Assembly (NCBI GenBank): GCA_050304475.1
Contig: JBNLDQ010000003.1
Location: 143,833 to 207,832 of the forward strand
Reading direction: 5' to 3'
Source: Turneriellaceae bacterium
Lineage (GTDB): Bacteria > Spirochaetota > Leptospiria > Turneriellales > JAOUFE01
Length of the DNA: 64,000 nt
The position numbers and the translations under genes are program-made. Positions 16,461 to 26,040 of the stretch are shown here, in pieces (within the stretch, counting starts at the first letter, position 1; each line of letters begins with the position of its first letter). The notes beneath the pieces were generated by a model. It had not been told where the DNA came from, ran no database searches, and worked only from the letters and a program-made list of their open reading frames with translations.

Positions 16461-18326
16461 ATGGACAAAGCTGAGAGCAATCGAATTTTCAAGATCATAT
16501 TGTCCGGATATACGGCGCCGCTCGTAATATGGATGGGGATCGTTTGGTTTCTGGATATCGCCACATCGAACGATATCATTTCCATGTTTACGAACCTCCA
16601 GGGGCCGCTTTTATTCACCATTCTTATCTCGCTGGTAGCCTACCAGGCTTCGCGCATGCTGCACCAAATCGTTGATGCCAAGGCCTCCCCGAACGATCCG
16701 GAAAAAACGGACAAAGCCCAGAGAGCGCTGGCTCGCATTCCCCGCTACTTTCTTTATTCTTTTCCGGTTATCTCGTTAACCACGCCGGCAGCCATGATTG
16801 GCGGGATCTACGAGTTTACCTCATTTAATTACGCCTACTGCATCTCTCTTTATTTTTTTACCGCATTTATTATTTCAGCGTCCTTCTTTATTCAAATGGT
16901 CATTAACCTGGAAAAATGGGGGCGCAGTATCCCGCTTTCCCGGAAATACAACGACCTGAACATCGGGGACAAATTTAATTTGATACTGACCCCTCATTTC
17001 ATTGCGGTGATCTTTATTATACTAACGTCAATGCTGGCGATTGCAGACAATAATGCCGAAAGTAATGACCTTCATTATTTGCTCCTGGTCAAGTCTTCGG
17101 TAATGGCCGCCATTTTTCTGGGCATTATTTTTGTGAACCTCTACAGCATGCAAAACATGCTGCTCACGCCCGTACGAAAACTTCATGAAACCATGAGAAA
17201 TATTGTTCGCGGAAAAATGAATATTGCTTCCCGAATGGATTACAATACGCGGGACGAGCTGGCATACACGGCGATCTTTTTTAACGATTTTATGTCCAGG
17301 CTTTTTAATACCATTAAAAATATTCAAATGACCTCGTATGATATTGAAGATTTTACTCTAAAGCTTGACTTAAATTCGAAAAAGTATCGTTATAACGCGC
17401 AAAAAGAAGACGACGCTATTAGCGATATCGCGCGTAACCTTGGTTTTGTACAAAATTCGTTGCATGAGATGCTCCAAGCCAGCTCTGCCCAAAGCGATAA
17501 AATCGAATCTATCATCACCGAAATGACAAAAGCGGCCGAGTACGGCGACGAACTGATTGAAGAGCTTGAAAAAAGCAACGAAGAAGTCGTCCGGACAACC
17601 ACCATCGCGCAAGCCGGCGAAAACTCCATGAATACCATGCGAAACACAATGGAACAAATTCATAACGTCTTTATTGAAATTGCAGAAGTGCTGACTTTTA
17701 TCAATGATGTCGCCGAAAAAATTAACCTGCTATCGTTGAACGCATCCATTGAAGCGGCGCGCGCAGGGGATCTGGGCATGGGCTTTTCCGTTGTCGCACA
17801 GCAAATTGCGCGGCTTGCCGAAGAAACGAAAAAAAGCGTGTCGAACATCAACCGCCTGCTGGAAAACAGCGACGAAGCCATTAAAACGGGATCGGATCAA
17901 ATTCTAAGCGGGGCGCACACGGTATTGACTCTCTTGCAGGGCGTTGAAAACATTGAAAAACTTTTTGGTAAGCTCTTCTTTGCCTTAAAAGAAGAGTTGG
18001 GTGTCTTTAAAAAAGTCGAGCACAACGTCCATGATGTAAAAATGGACGCGGCAACGATGGAGCGCGTAACCGGCGCTTTCCAGGAAAAGGTCCAGTTGAT
18101 TGAAGAAATTTTATCCAATGTGACAGATTACAGCAAAGGCACTCTCGAAGCGACCAATGAAATTTCCGCTTCGGCAGTAAACAACAAACGCATTGTCAAT
18201 AGCCTGAAAAAGAAAGTTACGTTTTTTCAAGTGGAAAAAACCGAAAAGAAGCAGGCCCCCGATCCGGAAAAAAAGCCTGCAACGGTTCAAGCCCCGGTAA
18301 AGACAAGTGAGAAAAAAGTCAGTTAG
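16461..18326 (+). CDS. Methyl-accepting chemotaxis protein with a multi-TM N-terminal sensor region
   Basis: HAMP-like linker (LLTPVRKLHETMRNIVRGKMNIASRMDYNTRDELAYTAIFFNDFMSRL) and the highly conserved MCP signalling hairpin INLLSLNASIEAARAGDLGMGFSVVAQQIARLAEET. Confidence 0.9.
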   Translation: MDKAESNRIFKIILSGYTAPLVIWMGIVWFLDIATSNDIISMFTNLQGPLLFTILISLVAYQASRMLHQIVDAKASPNDPEKTDKAQRALARIPRYFLYSFPVISLTTPAAMIGGIYEFTSFNYAYCISLYFFTAFIISASFFIQMVINLEKWGRSIPLSRKYNDLNIGDKFNLILTPHFIAVIFIILTSMLAIADNNAESNDLHYLLLVKSSVMAAIFLGIIFVNLYSMQNMLLTPVRKLHETMRNIVRGKMNIASRMDYNTRDELAYTAIFFNDFMSRLFNTIKNIQMTSYDIEDFTLKLDLNSKKYRYNAQKEDDAISDIARNLGFVQNSLHEMLQASSAQSDKIESIITEMTKAAEYGDELIEELEKSNEEVVRTTTIAQAGENSMNTMRNTMEQIHNVFIEIAEVLTFINDVAEKINLLSLNASIEAARAGDLGMGFSVVAQQIARLAEETKKSVSNINRLLENSDEAIKTGSDQILSGAHTVLTLLQGVENIEKLFGKLFFALKEELGVFKKVEHNVHDVKMDAATMERVTGAFQEKVQLIEEILSNVTDYSKGTLEATNEISASAVNNKRIVNSLKKKVTFFQVEKTEKKQAPDPEKKPATVQAPVKTSEKKVS

Positions 18327-19251
18327 CGTATACCGCGGCAGAGAAATAGCCGCCTACGGATTCGGCCAAAACCACCCCTTTCATAACAACAGGCATGACG
18401 CTTTTTTTGAAGAATTTGAAAACCGGCCTTTTTATCATAACGTTCAAATTGCGGCTCCGAAAACCTGTACCGATGATTTCATCGCCTTGTTTCATACCCC
18501 TGAATATATTGAACGCGTGAAAGAGCTTTCCAGGCAAGGCAGCGGCTACCTCGACCGGGGCGACACCCCGGCTTACCCCGGCGTATACGAGTCGGCGGCC
18601 TACGTGGTAGGCTCTGCGCTGGACGCCGCCAACCGCATCATGGCCGGCGAAATTGAGCGCGCTTTTTTACCTATTGCCGGCCTGCACCATGCCCGCCGCA
18701 CAGGCGCCGCAGGTTTTTGCGTTTTTAACGACTGCGGCGTTGTCCTGGAACATTTAAAACAAAACCACGGGTTAAAAAAAATCGCTTATGTCGATATCGA
18801 CGCTCACCATGGCGACGGGGTTTTTTACGGCTTTGAAGAAGACCCGGCCATTATTTTCGCCGACATGCACGAAACAGGCCGTTCGCTCTACCCCGGCACA
18901 GGCTACGCCCACGAAAAAGGCAAAGGAGCCGGAGAGGGTAAAAAACTCAATATCGAAATGACTGCCGGCGCCACCGATAACGATTTCTTCCGCGAGTGGG
19001 CCAAGGTTGAATCTTTTATTGAGCATGAGAAGCCCCAGTTTATTTTATTTCAGTGCGGTTGCGATTCTCTACGGGGAGATCCTCTGACCCATATGGCCTA
19101 CTCCGAAAAAGCGCATGAATACGCCGCACTGCAACTCAAAGAACTCGCCCGAAAACATTGCGCCGGGAAAATGCTTGCCGTCGGCGGCGGGGGTTATAAC
19201 ATGTTTAACATAAAAAAAGCGTGGACAGCCGTTGTTTCGTCCCTGCTTTAA
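18307..19251 (+). CDS. Histone deacetylase-family deacetylase (AcuC/acetylpolyamine amidohydrolase-like)
   Basis: GLHHARRTGAAGFCVFND and DIDAHHGDGVFYGFEEDP (catalytic HH and metal-binding D.H..D motifs), plus GGGGY near the C-terminus. GTG start overlaps the MCP gene end by 20 nt. Confidence 0.9.
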   Translation: MRKKSVSVYRGREIAAYGFGQNHPFHNNRHDAFFEEFENRPFYHNVQIAAPKTCTDDFIALFHTPEYIERVKELSRQGSGYLDRGDTPAYPGVYESAAYVVGSALDAANRIMAGEIERAFLPIAGLHHARRTGAAGFCVFNDCGVVLEHLKQNHGLKKIAYVDIDAHHGDGVFYGFEEDPAIIFADMHETGRSLYPGTGYAHEKGKGAGEGKKLNIEMTAGATDNDFFREWAKVESFIEHEKPQFILFQCGCDSLRGDPLTHMAYSEKAHEYAALQLKELARKHCAGKMLAVGGGGYNMFNIKKAWTAVVSSLL

Positions 19252-19271
19252 ACAGTTTTAGTACCGGAATT

Positions 19272-19955
19272 ATGAAAAAAAGCAAAAAAGTCTCAATGAG
19301 CTGGTTGAGCGACGCGCTTCACACTTCCATCAGTAAAAAAGTGATTATGGCGCTCACCGGTTTATTTTTAATTGTGTTTCTGGCTGTTCATTTGATCGGC
19401 AACCTGCTGATTTTAAAAAACGACGGAGGGGCCTCCTTTACCGCTTACTCAAAGGCGCTTCTTTCCAGCGTATTCATTCGCATAGTTGAATACGGATTAG
19501 CCGCCGGATTTTTCTTTCATATTATTATGGGAATCAAGGTTTCCATTGAAAACGCCAGGGCGCGCCCGGTCAGATACGCCCTCAACAAATGGGGCGCAAA
19601 CAGCTCGTGGTATGCCCGTTCGATGAAACATACCGGGGGGATCATTTTCGTTTTTCTCATTATTCACCTTGAAACTTTTTTTTACCAACACCGGGTGATC
19701 GGGTCGGACCATACGATGTACGAAAGCGTTGTTACGGCGTTTCAAAGTTTACCCCACTCTCTTTTTTATGTTTTTTGCATGGGGCTTTTGATGTTCCACC
19801 TGATGCACGGTTTTGAAAGCGCCTTTCAAACGTTAGGTTTACGGCATAACAAGTATACGCCTGTCATTGAATTGATGGGCAAACTGTACGCATTTTTTGT
19901 CCCGCTTGGCTTTGCGGCTATCCCCCTCGCCGCTCTTTTGGGGAGGTTATCTTAA
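19272..19955 (+). CDS. sdhC: Succinate dehydrogenase / fumarate reductase cytochrome b subunit (b558 family)
   Basis: Five hydrophobic helices with conserved His ([32 protein letters not shown]). Lies immediately upstream of sdhA with a 1-nt overlap. Start set to ATG 19272 ([11 protein letters not shown]...). Confidence 0.85.
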   Translation: MKKSKKVSMSWLSDALHTSISKKVIMALTGLFLIVFLAVHLIGNLLILKNDGGASFTAYSKALLSSVFIRIVEYGLAAGFFFHIIMGIKVSIENARARPVRYALNKWGANSSWYARSMKHTGGIIFVFLIIHLETFFYQHRVIGSDHTMYESVVTAFQSLPHSLFYVFCMGLLMFHLMHGFESAFQTLGLRHNKYTPVIELMGKLYAFFVPLGFAAIPLAALLGRLS

Positions 19956-21871
19956 TGGCTAAAATCGATCCGAAAATTCCCCAGGGAAAACTGGAAGAAC
20001 TTTGGAGCAAACAACGTTTTAATTTAAAACTGGTCAACCCGGCAAACAAACGCAAGTTTGATATCATTGTCGTCGGCACCGGACTTGCCGGGGCCTCTGC
20101 CGCCGCTTCGCTGGCGGAACTGGGCTACAATGTAAAATCGTTTTGCTATAACGACAGCCCGCGCCGCGCTCACTCCATAGCCGCGCAAGGGGGCATTAAC
20201 GCTTCTAAAAATTACCAAAATGACGGCGATAATGTTTTTCGTCTTTTTTACGATACCATCAAGGGGGGCGATTTTCGATCCCGCGAGGCCAATGTCTACC
20301 GGTTGGCCGAAGTCAGCGAAAGCATCATTGACCAGTGCGTAGCGCAAGGCGTTCCGTTTGCCAGAGAATACGGCGGGCTTTTAGACAACCGTTCTTTCGG
20401 GGGAGCGCAAGTCAGCCGCACTTTTTACGCCAAAGGGCAAACCGGCCAGCAGCTTTTGCTCGGAGCCTATGGCGCGCTCAACCGCCAAATCCACAAAGGC
20501 AAGGTTGAGATGCACACCTTTACGGAAATGCTCGACCTGGTTATCGTTGATTCCAGGGCGGCGGGCATCATCACGCGAAACCTGATCACAGGCGAACTGG
20601 AAGCGCATGCCGCCCATGCCGTGATTCTTGCTTCGGGGGGTTACAGTAACGTATATTATCTCTCTACCAACGCCATCGGCAGCAATGCAACAGCCGCCTG
20701 GAGAGCGCATAAGCGGGGCGCCCTGTTTGCCAACCCCTGCTTTACGCAAATTCACCCGACCTGCATTCCGGCTTCCGGCGATTACCAAAGTAAATTAACT
20801 CTCATGAGCGAGAGCCTGCGCAACGACGGGCGAATCTGGGTTTCTAAAAAGCCGAAAGACACCCGCAAACCGGCGGAGATCCCCGAAAACGAACGCGACT
20901 ATTTCCTCGAAAGAAAATACCCGTCCTTTGGAAATTTAGTCCCGCGCGATGTCGCGGCGCGCAATATTAAAGAGGTGTGCGACGAAGGCCGCGGCGTAGG
21001 CCCTACCGGCAGAGCCGTCTATCTGGATTTTGCCGAGTCGATCGAACGGCTGGGCCAGAGCGAAATTGAGGCGAAATACGGTAACTTGTTTGAAATGTAT
21101 GAAACATTAACCGGCGATGATCCGTATCAAACGCCCATGCGCATTTACCCGGCGGCCCACTACACCATGGGGGGGCTGTGGGTGGATTATAACCTCATGA
21201 GTACGATCCCCGGTCTTTTTGTGCTGGGCGAAGCCAATTTTTCGGACCATGGAGCCAACCGCCTGGGGGCCAGCGCCTTAATGCAGGGGCTTGCCGACGG
21301 TTATTTTGTGATACCTTATACGTTAGGCGACTATCTGGCGAGGCTCGGTTTTCAAAAACCGGATTTATCGCACAAAGCCTTTCAAGAGGCAATGCAATCG
21401 GTTGAAAAAGAGATCGCAGGTTTAATTTCAATTGGCGGGAACAAAACGCCGGATGAAATTCACCGCGAGCTGGGCCACATCATGGCCGATCATGTCGGGA
21501 TTGATCGCAATAAAAAAGGACTTGAAAAGGCGATCAAAGAAATTCAAAAACTGCAACAGACGTTCCGAAAAGATCTTAAAATCAACAAAGCTTCCGACCG
21601 GATCAATGAATCGCTGGAAAAAGCCGGCCGCCTCGCCGATTTTCTCGATTTAGCCCGACTCATGGCCAAAGACGCACTGTTACGCGAAGAGTCTTGCGGC
21701 GGGCACTTTAGAACGGAATACCAAACCAAAGAAGGCGAAGCCAAACGCGATGATAAAAAATTCAGCTATGTAGCCGCCTGGGAATACATGGGTAAAAATA
21801 AAGAACATAAACTTCACAAAGAGCAGTTGAAGTTTGAAGTGGTCAAGCCATCGCAACGAAGTTATAAGTAG
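19955..21871 (+). CDS. sdhA: Succinate dehydrogenase / fumarate reductase flavoprotein subunit
   Basis: FAD dinucleotide fold [25 protein letters not shown]-attachment histidine context [13 protein letters not shown], and [10 protein letters not shown]. Confidence 0.95.
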   Translation: MAKIDPKIPQGKLEELWSKQRFNLKLVNPANKRKFDIIVVGTGLAGASAAASLAELGYNVKSFCYNDSPRRAHSIAAQGGINASKNYQNDGDNVFRLFYDTIKGGDFRSREANVYRLAEVSESIIDQCVAQGVPFAREYGGLLDNRSFGGAQVSRTFYAKGQTGQQLLLGAYGALNRQIHKGKVEMHTFTEMLDLVIVDSRAAGIITRNLITGELEAHAAHAVILASGGYSNVYYLSTNAIGSNATAAWRAHKRGALFANPCFTQIHPTCIPASGDYQSKLTLMSESLRNDGRIWVSKKPKDTRKPAEIPENERDYFLERKYPSFGNLVPRDVAARNIKEVCDEGRGVGPTGRAVYLDFAESIERLGQSEIEAKYGNLFEMYETLTGDDPYQTPMRIYPAAHYTMGGLWVDYNLMSTIPGLFVLGEANFSDHGANRLGASALMQGLADGYFVIPYTLGDYLARLGFQKPDLSHKAFQEAMQSVEKEIAGLISIGGNKTPDEIHRELGHIMADHVGIDRNKKGLEKAIKEIQKLQQTFRKDLKINKASDRINESLEKAGRLADFLDLARLMAKDALLREESCGGHFRTEYQTKEGEAKRDDKKFSYVAAWEYMGKNKEHKLHKEQLKFEVVKPSQRSYK

Positions 21872-21877
21872 GGGACC

Positions 21878-22714
21878 ATGAATATTTCGGTAAAAATATG
21901 GAGACAGGAAAACGCGCATAGTAAGGGGCGGTTTGAAACGTATCGCCTTGAAAATTTAAACGAAGAGATGTCTCTTTTGGAAATGCTTGATGTGCTAAAC
22001 GAAAAATTACTGCACGAAGGGCATGAGCTTGTCAGTTTCGGCCACGATTGCCGCGAAGGCATTTGCGGGGCCTGCGGTATGTTTGTGAACGGACGGGCCC
22101 ATGGCCCCCGCGAAGGTTTAACGACATGCCAGCTTCACTTGCGCCACCTGAAAGAAAGCGACACGATTACCATTGAGCCCTGGCGGGCTGCCGCTTTTCC
22201 GGTGGTCAAAGACCTGATGGTCGACCGCAGCGCGCTTGACAGGGTTTTACAGGCCGGCGGGTATGTGTCCGTCAATACCGGCGGCGTTCCCGACGCCAAC
22301 GCCCTGCCCATTAGCCGTTTTACCGCCGACGAGGCTTTTGCCTCGGCCAGTTGCATTGGTTGCGGCGCCTGCGTAGCGACCTGCCCCAATGCGTCTGCCA
22401 TGCTGTTTGTTTCGGCCAAGATTTCGCACCTGGCGATTTTGCCGCAGGGGGAACCCGAAAGACACCACCGGGCCGAAGAGATGGTACAGGCAATGGATTC
22501 CGAAGGTTTCGGGAACTGCTCCAATGTTGCGGCCTGCGAAGTCGAATGCCCGAAAGGGATCTCAATCCGGAACATTGCCCGGCTCAACCGGGAATACATG
22601 GAAGCGGCGTTTACTGCACACCTGGAAGAACACCCCGAACCGCCGCATTATGGCAAGGGAGACGATGACCCGCATCTCGGGCATCCCGAAGTGTCTCACC
22701 AACCTGAAAAATAA
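21878..22714 (+). CDS. sdhB: Succinate dehydrogenase / fumarate reductase iron-sulfur subunit, with an H/P/E-rich C-terminal tail
   Basis: 2Fe-2S motif (CREGICGACGMFVNG), 4Fe-4S/3Fe-4S motifs (CIGCGACVATCP and CSNVAACEVECP). Confidence 0.95.
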   Translation: MNISVKIWRQENAHSKGRFETYRLENLNEEMSLLEMLDVLNEKLLHEGHELVSFGHDCREGICGACGMFVNGRAHGPREGLTTCQLHLRHLKESDTITIEPWRAAAFPVVKDLMVDRSALDRVLQAGGYVSVNTGGVPDANALPISRFTADEAFASASCIGCGACVATCPNASAMLFVSAKISHLAILPQGEPERHHRAEEMVQAMDSEGFGNCSNVAACEVECPKGISIRNIARLNREYMEAAFTAHLEEHPEPPHYGKGDDDPHLGHPEVSHQPEK

Positions 22715-22723
22715 ACATCAATT

Positions 22724-23767
22724 ATGCTCAAACAAGTTCGGACGGGGATCATTGGCGCCGCCGGTTTTACCGGACGCGAACTGATCGAAATTATTAATTC
22801 GCACCCAAACCTCTCTCTGGTCTACGCCACCTCGGGAGAGTTTGCGGGCAAGGCAATCGGCGAATGTTTCGGGGAGCTCGACTTGGCCCGCACCGGCGAT
22901 ATCCGTTTTTCCGCTCACCCCAAAACCGATGAAGAAATTCCCGAACTCGATCTGGTTTTTTTAGCGGTACCGGACCAGGCTGCTATGGAACTAACGCCCC
23001 GTTTATTGAATCTCGGGGTTCGCGTCATTGATATTTCGGGGAGTTTCCGCCTCAAAGAGACCGCTGCGTTTCAACGGTATTACGGGCTGGATCACAGCGC
23101 GGCGGAACTATTGCCAAACGCAATTTACGGGATGAGCGAAATCTACCGCGAAAAGATAAAAGAAGCCGCTCTTGTCGCCAACCCTGGCTGCTACGCCACT
23201 TCGGCAATTCTGCCTTTGTTTTACTTGCGCGACATTACGGGCGCTTGCGATTGCAAATACATTGTCGATGCCAAATCGGGGACAAGCGGCGCCGGAGGGA
23301 GAGCCGAAAAAGATAGTCTACCGTACTCAAAAGTCAATGAAAACTTTCGCGCCTATAAAGCAAAAGCGCACCAGCATATCCCTGAAATTGCACAAGAGAC
23401 GGCTCCGTTTTTTGAGAAGGCGCCAAGCGTTCGCATGACCCCGCAACTTCTCCCGCTATTTCGCGGAATTCTTTCGGCGATTTATCTTTTTCCGAAATCG
23501 CCGGTTGACATGGCGCAAATTCTCGAAAAAGCCCGCGGAAGAGCCTCCGGGGAACGTTTTATTCGAATATACGATGATCTTGAATCAATTGAACTTCGAC
23601 GGGTACAGCGCACAAACTTTCTGGACATGGCCGTCCACTATGACGAGTCTACACAAATTCTCGTCGTTCTTTCCGCCATTGACAATTTACGAAAAGGCGC
23701 TGCAGGGCAGGCAATTCAAAATGCCAACCTGATGTTTGGCTTACCTGAAACGTCCGGCCTGCTTTAA
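22724..23767 (+). CDS. argC: N-acetyl-gamma-glutamyl-phosphate reductase
   Basis: GIIGAAGFTGRELIEII NAD-binding N-terminus, active-site ANPGCYATS, and C-terminal DNLRKGAAGQAIQNANLMFG. Confidence 0.95.
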   Translation: MLKQVRTGIIGAAGFTGRELIEIINSHPNLSLVYATSGEFAGKAIGECFGELDLARTGDIRFSAHPKTDEEIPELDLVFLAVPDQAAMELTPRLLNLGVRVIDISGSFRLKETAAFQRYYGLDHSAAELLPNAIYGMSEIYREKIKEAALVANPGCYATSAILPLFYLRDITGACDCKYIVDAKSGTSGAGGRAEKDSLPYSKVNENFRAYKAKAHQHIPEIAQETAPFFEKAPSVRMTPQLLPLFRGILSAIYLFPKSPVDMAQILEKARGRASGERFIRIYDDLESIELRRVQRTNFLDMAVHYDESTQILVVLSAIDNLRKGAAGQAIQNANLMFGLPETSGLL

Positions 23768-23867
23768 ATCATCGGGAACCATTTGAAATATTTGTTTTAA
23801 TAACCGAAAAATATTTTAAAAAAAGCCGATTCAAACATTGCATCTTGAAAATTTTACCGCACTCCCG

Positions 23868-23891
23868 GCCCCACCCAACAGGGCGGGGGTG
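23868..23891. terminator. GC-rich hairpin between the convergent argC and DHH-phosphoesterase genes (possible bidirectional terminator; member of a recurrent motif)
   Basis: On the minus strand it reads CCCCGCCC-tgtt-GGGTGGGG: an 8-bp stem with one G.U pair. A-rich and T-rich flanks. Confidence 0.35.
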
Positions 23892-23927
23892 GTTAGGGAA
23901 AAAATCAAAAAAACAATAGCGCCGCGG

Positions 23928-25004
23928 TTACTCTTCCCAGGGAAGGTCAGTCAGATACAGTTCAATCGCCGCCAACACCTTTTGGCAAGAGACATCATAA
24001 GGCCCCTTTAAAAACAAACCGGAAGCATTCTTGTGACCGCCCCCCTCGAATTCCCCCGCAAGCATGGAAACGTCCACCTTGCCAATCGAACGCAGCGAAC
24101 ACTTTAAATCGCCGTCCGGTGTTTCCGTCATCAAAGCCGAAAGCCGGACTCCGTCCGCCGCCAAAAGCTGGTTCACGATCCCCTCGGTCGGCGAATCGCC
24201 CAACTGAAGATTATCAAACATCTTCTGCCGAGCAAATCCGGCAATAAAACCCTTTTTTACATCAATCACAGCCTCGCTGAGAATTCGTTGAAAAAGTTTC
24301 ATCCGGTCAATCGGAGCGCTCTCAAAGATTTTCCGATAAACACCCTCGGATGAGATGCCCCGCGCAATTAAATCTCCCGCAGCCAGGTGCGAGCGAAATG
24401 AACTCCGGGAAAAACGAAAATTTCCGGTGTCGGCGATCATGCCGGCATACAGCGGCAAAACCGCTTTTTGCGGGATAGGAATGCCTAAGTGGTAATAGAG
24501 ATCCCAAATCAGTTCGGAGGTCGAACCATACGTCGGGTCGGCGTTGACCTGAGGAGATTTTGCGACAATATGGTGGTCAATGGTGCAGTATTTCATTCCG
24601 TATTTTGACGCCAGCTCATACACTCTCGCCGAACGTTTTAACTCGGAATTGTCTAACACCATCAAAAAAAACTTACGCAAACCTTCATGGTCCATTTTTA
24701 CGCCATGCTCATCCATATTCATGATAATGCCCTCCGGATCAATAAAGCGATAACCGGAAGGGACTTTCTCGGAATTTACAATCAATACTTTTTTCTTTAG
24801 TTTTTTCAGCAGGTGATAAAAAGCAATTTCACTGCCCAGACCGTCGGGGTCGGCGCTAATATGGGTAGTGATTAAAAAATGGTCATGCTTTTCAACCAAG
24901 CCGGCAATTTTTTTAAGAACAGGCGATGCCGGGCGATACTCCTTCAGTATGGATTTTGCATATTTGGCGCTTAATTTTACAATGTCGGGGTCCGGGGTGA
25001 TCAT
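23928..25004 (-). CDS. nrnA: DHH/DHHA1-family phosphoesterase (NrnA-like oligoribonuclease / pAp phosphatase)
   Basis: HISADPDGLGS (DHH motif II), TIDHHI (DHH motif III), and C-terminal GGGHKNASG (DHHA1). Confidence 0.85.
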   Translation of the reverse strand: MITPDPDIVKLSAKYAKSILKEYRPASPVLKKIAGLVEKHDHFLITTHISADPDGLGSEIAFYHLLKKLKKKVLIVNSEKVPSGYRFIDPEGIIMNMDEHGVKMDHEGLRKFFLMVLDNSELKRSARVYELASKYGMKYCTIDHHIVAKSPQVNADPTYGSTSELIWDLYYHLGIPIPQKAVLPLYAGMIADTGNFRFSRSSFRSHLAAGDLIARGISSEGVYRKIFESAPIDRMKLFQRILSEAVIDVKKGFIAGFARQKMFDNLQLGDSPTEGIVNQLLAADGVRLSALMTETPDGDLKCSLRSIGKVDVSMLAGEFEGGGHKNASGLFLKGPYDVSCQKVLAAIELYLTDLPWEE

Positions 25005-25139
25005 ATTATTTACTCTTATTTCTTAATATACAATGCAAATCATTTTTCATCTATGCTCTTAGCAAAATCGGTAAAATAAAATGCCGAATAGTGAATAGAC
25101 GCATCAATCAGCCAATAATCAACCGATTTTTCATAAAAA

Positions 25140-26018
25140 ATGCATCCGCCTGAACTCAATCATCTTAAGAACCCTGAAGAAATTTATTCGGCATGCGAAC
25201 GTTATCTGCGAAACGCCGGGGTTGAAAAACCCGCCTTTGAATGCCGCGTTATCCTGGCGCAACTGCTCAATCTGGAACCCCACCGGCTCTTGATCGGCTC
25301 CGGGGACGCTGAGCCGCCAATTGCGCCTGAACAGTTGAAAATTGTTTCGGAAGCGATGCTTCGCAAAGCCTCCGGCGAACCGACGGCCTATATTCTGGGT
25401 TACCGGGAATTCTTTTCCAGAAATTTTTATGTAACGCCGGATGTATTAATCCCGAGACCGGAAACCGAAGAATTGGTCGAATGGGTCATGCAACAAGGCC
25501 CCGTTGACAAAACGCTGGATCTTTGCTGCGGTTCCGGGGTAATCGGAATCACCCTGCTCCTGGAAGGCGCAACCCAACAGGTCGCTCTTGCCGACATCTC
25601 GCAAGCCGCTTTGCGTATCGCGCAAAGCAATATAAAACGCCTGAACATCGACCCGTTATCTGCAATTACTTGCCACAGCGACCTCTACTCGTCCCTGCCG
25701 CCGGGCAAGTATGACCGTATTGTTTCCAATCCGCCCTATGTCTTGCCCGATGAGTATCGCGTTTTGGAAAGCGGCGTTCGCGACTATGAACCCCAAAAAG
25801 CTCTTTTGCTTGAAGATATGGATATTTTTCACAAACGACTCATTGACGGCGCCCGGGAAAAATTACGACCCGGGGGTTCTATTTTCATCGAGACTTCTCC
25901 AAGCGTGATCGGGCATTTGGAAAAACAATTGATAGAAAGCGGTTTCGGCGATATAAAGCGAAAAAATGACCTTTCAAACAAAGCCCGGTTTATTGGCGCT
26001 GTCTCGCCCCGGCAATAA
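25140..26018 (+). CDS. prmC: Peptide chain release factor N5-glutamine methyltransferase
   Basis: SAM-binding LDLCCGSGVIGITL, catalytic VSNPPYV, and YILGYREFFSRNFYVTPDVLIPRPETE. Confidence 0.9.
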   Translation: MHPPELNHLKNPEEIYSACERYLRNAGVEKPAFECRVILAQLLNLEPHRLLIGSGDAEPPIAPEQLKIVSEAMLRKASGEPTAYILGYREFFSRNFYVTPDVLIPRPETEELVEWVMQQGPVDKTLDLCCGSGVIGITLLLEGATQQVALADISQAALRIAQSNIKRLNIDPLSAITCHSDLYSSLPPGKYDRIVSNPPYVLPDEYRVLESGVRDYEPQKALLLEDMDIFHKRLIDGAREKLRPGGSIFIETSPSVIGHLEKQLIESGFGDIKRKNDLSNKARFIGAVSPRQ

Positions 26019-26040
26019 ATTTCACCGCAAAATTTCCCGG

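Noticed and set aside
22135-22918. A cluster of overlapping 66-154-aa ORFs in several frames across sdhB and the start of argC.
   Set aside because: All lie inside genes with unambiguous Fe-S or ArgC motifs. They are Arg/Pro/Gly-rich off-frame products.
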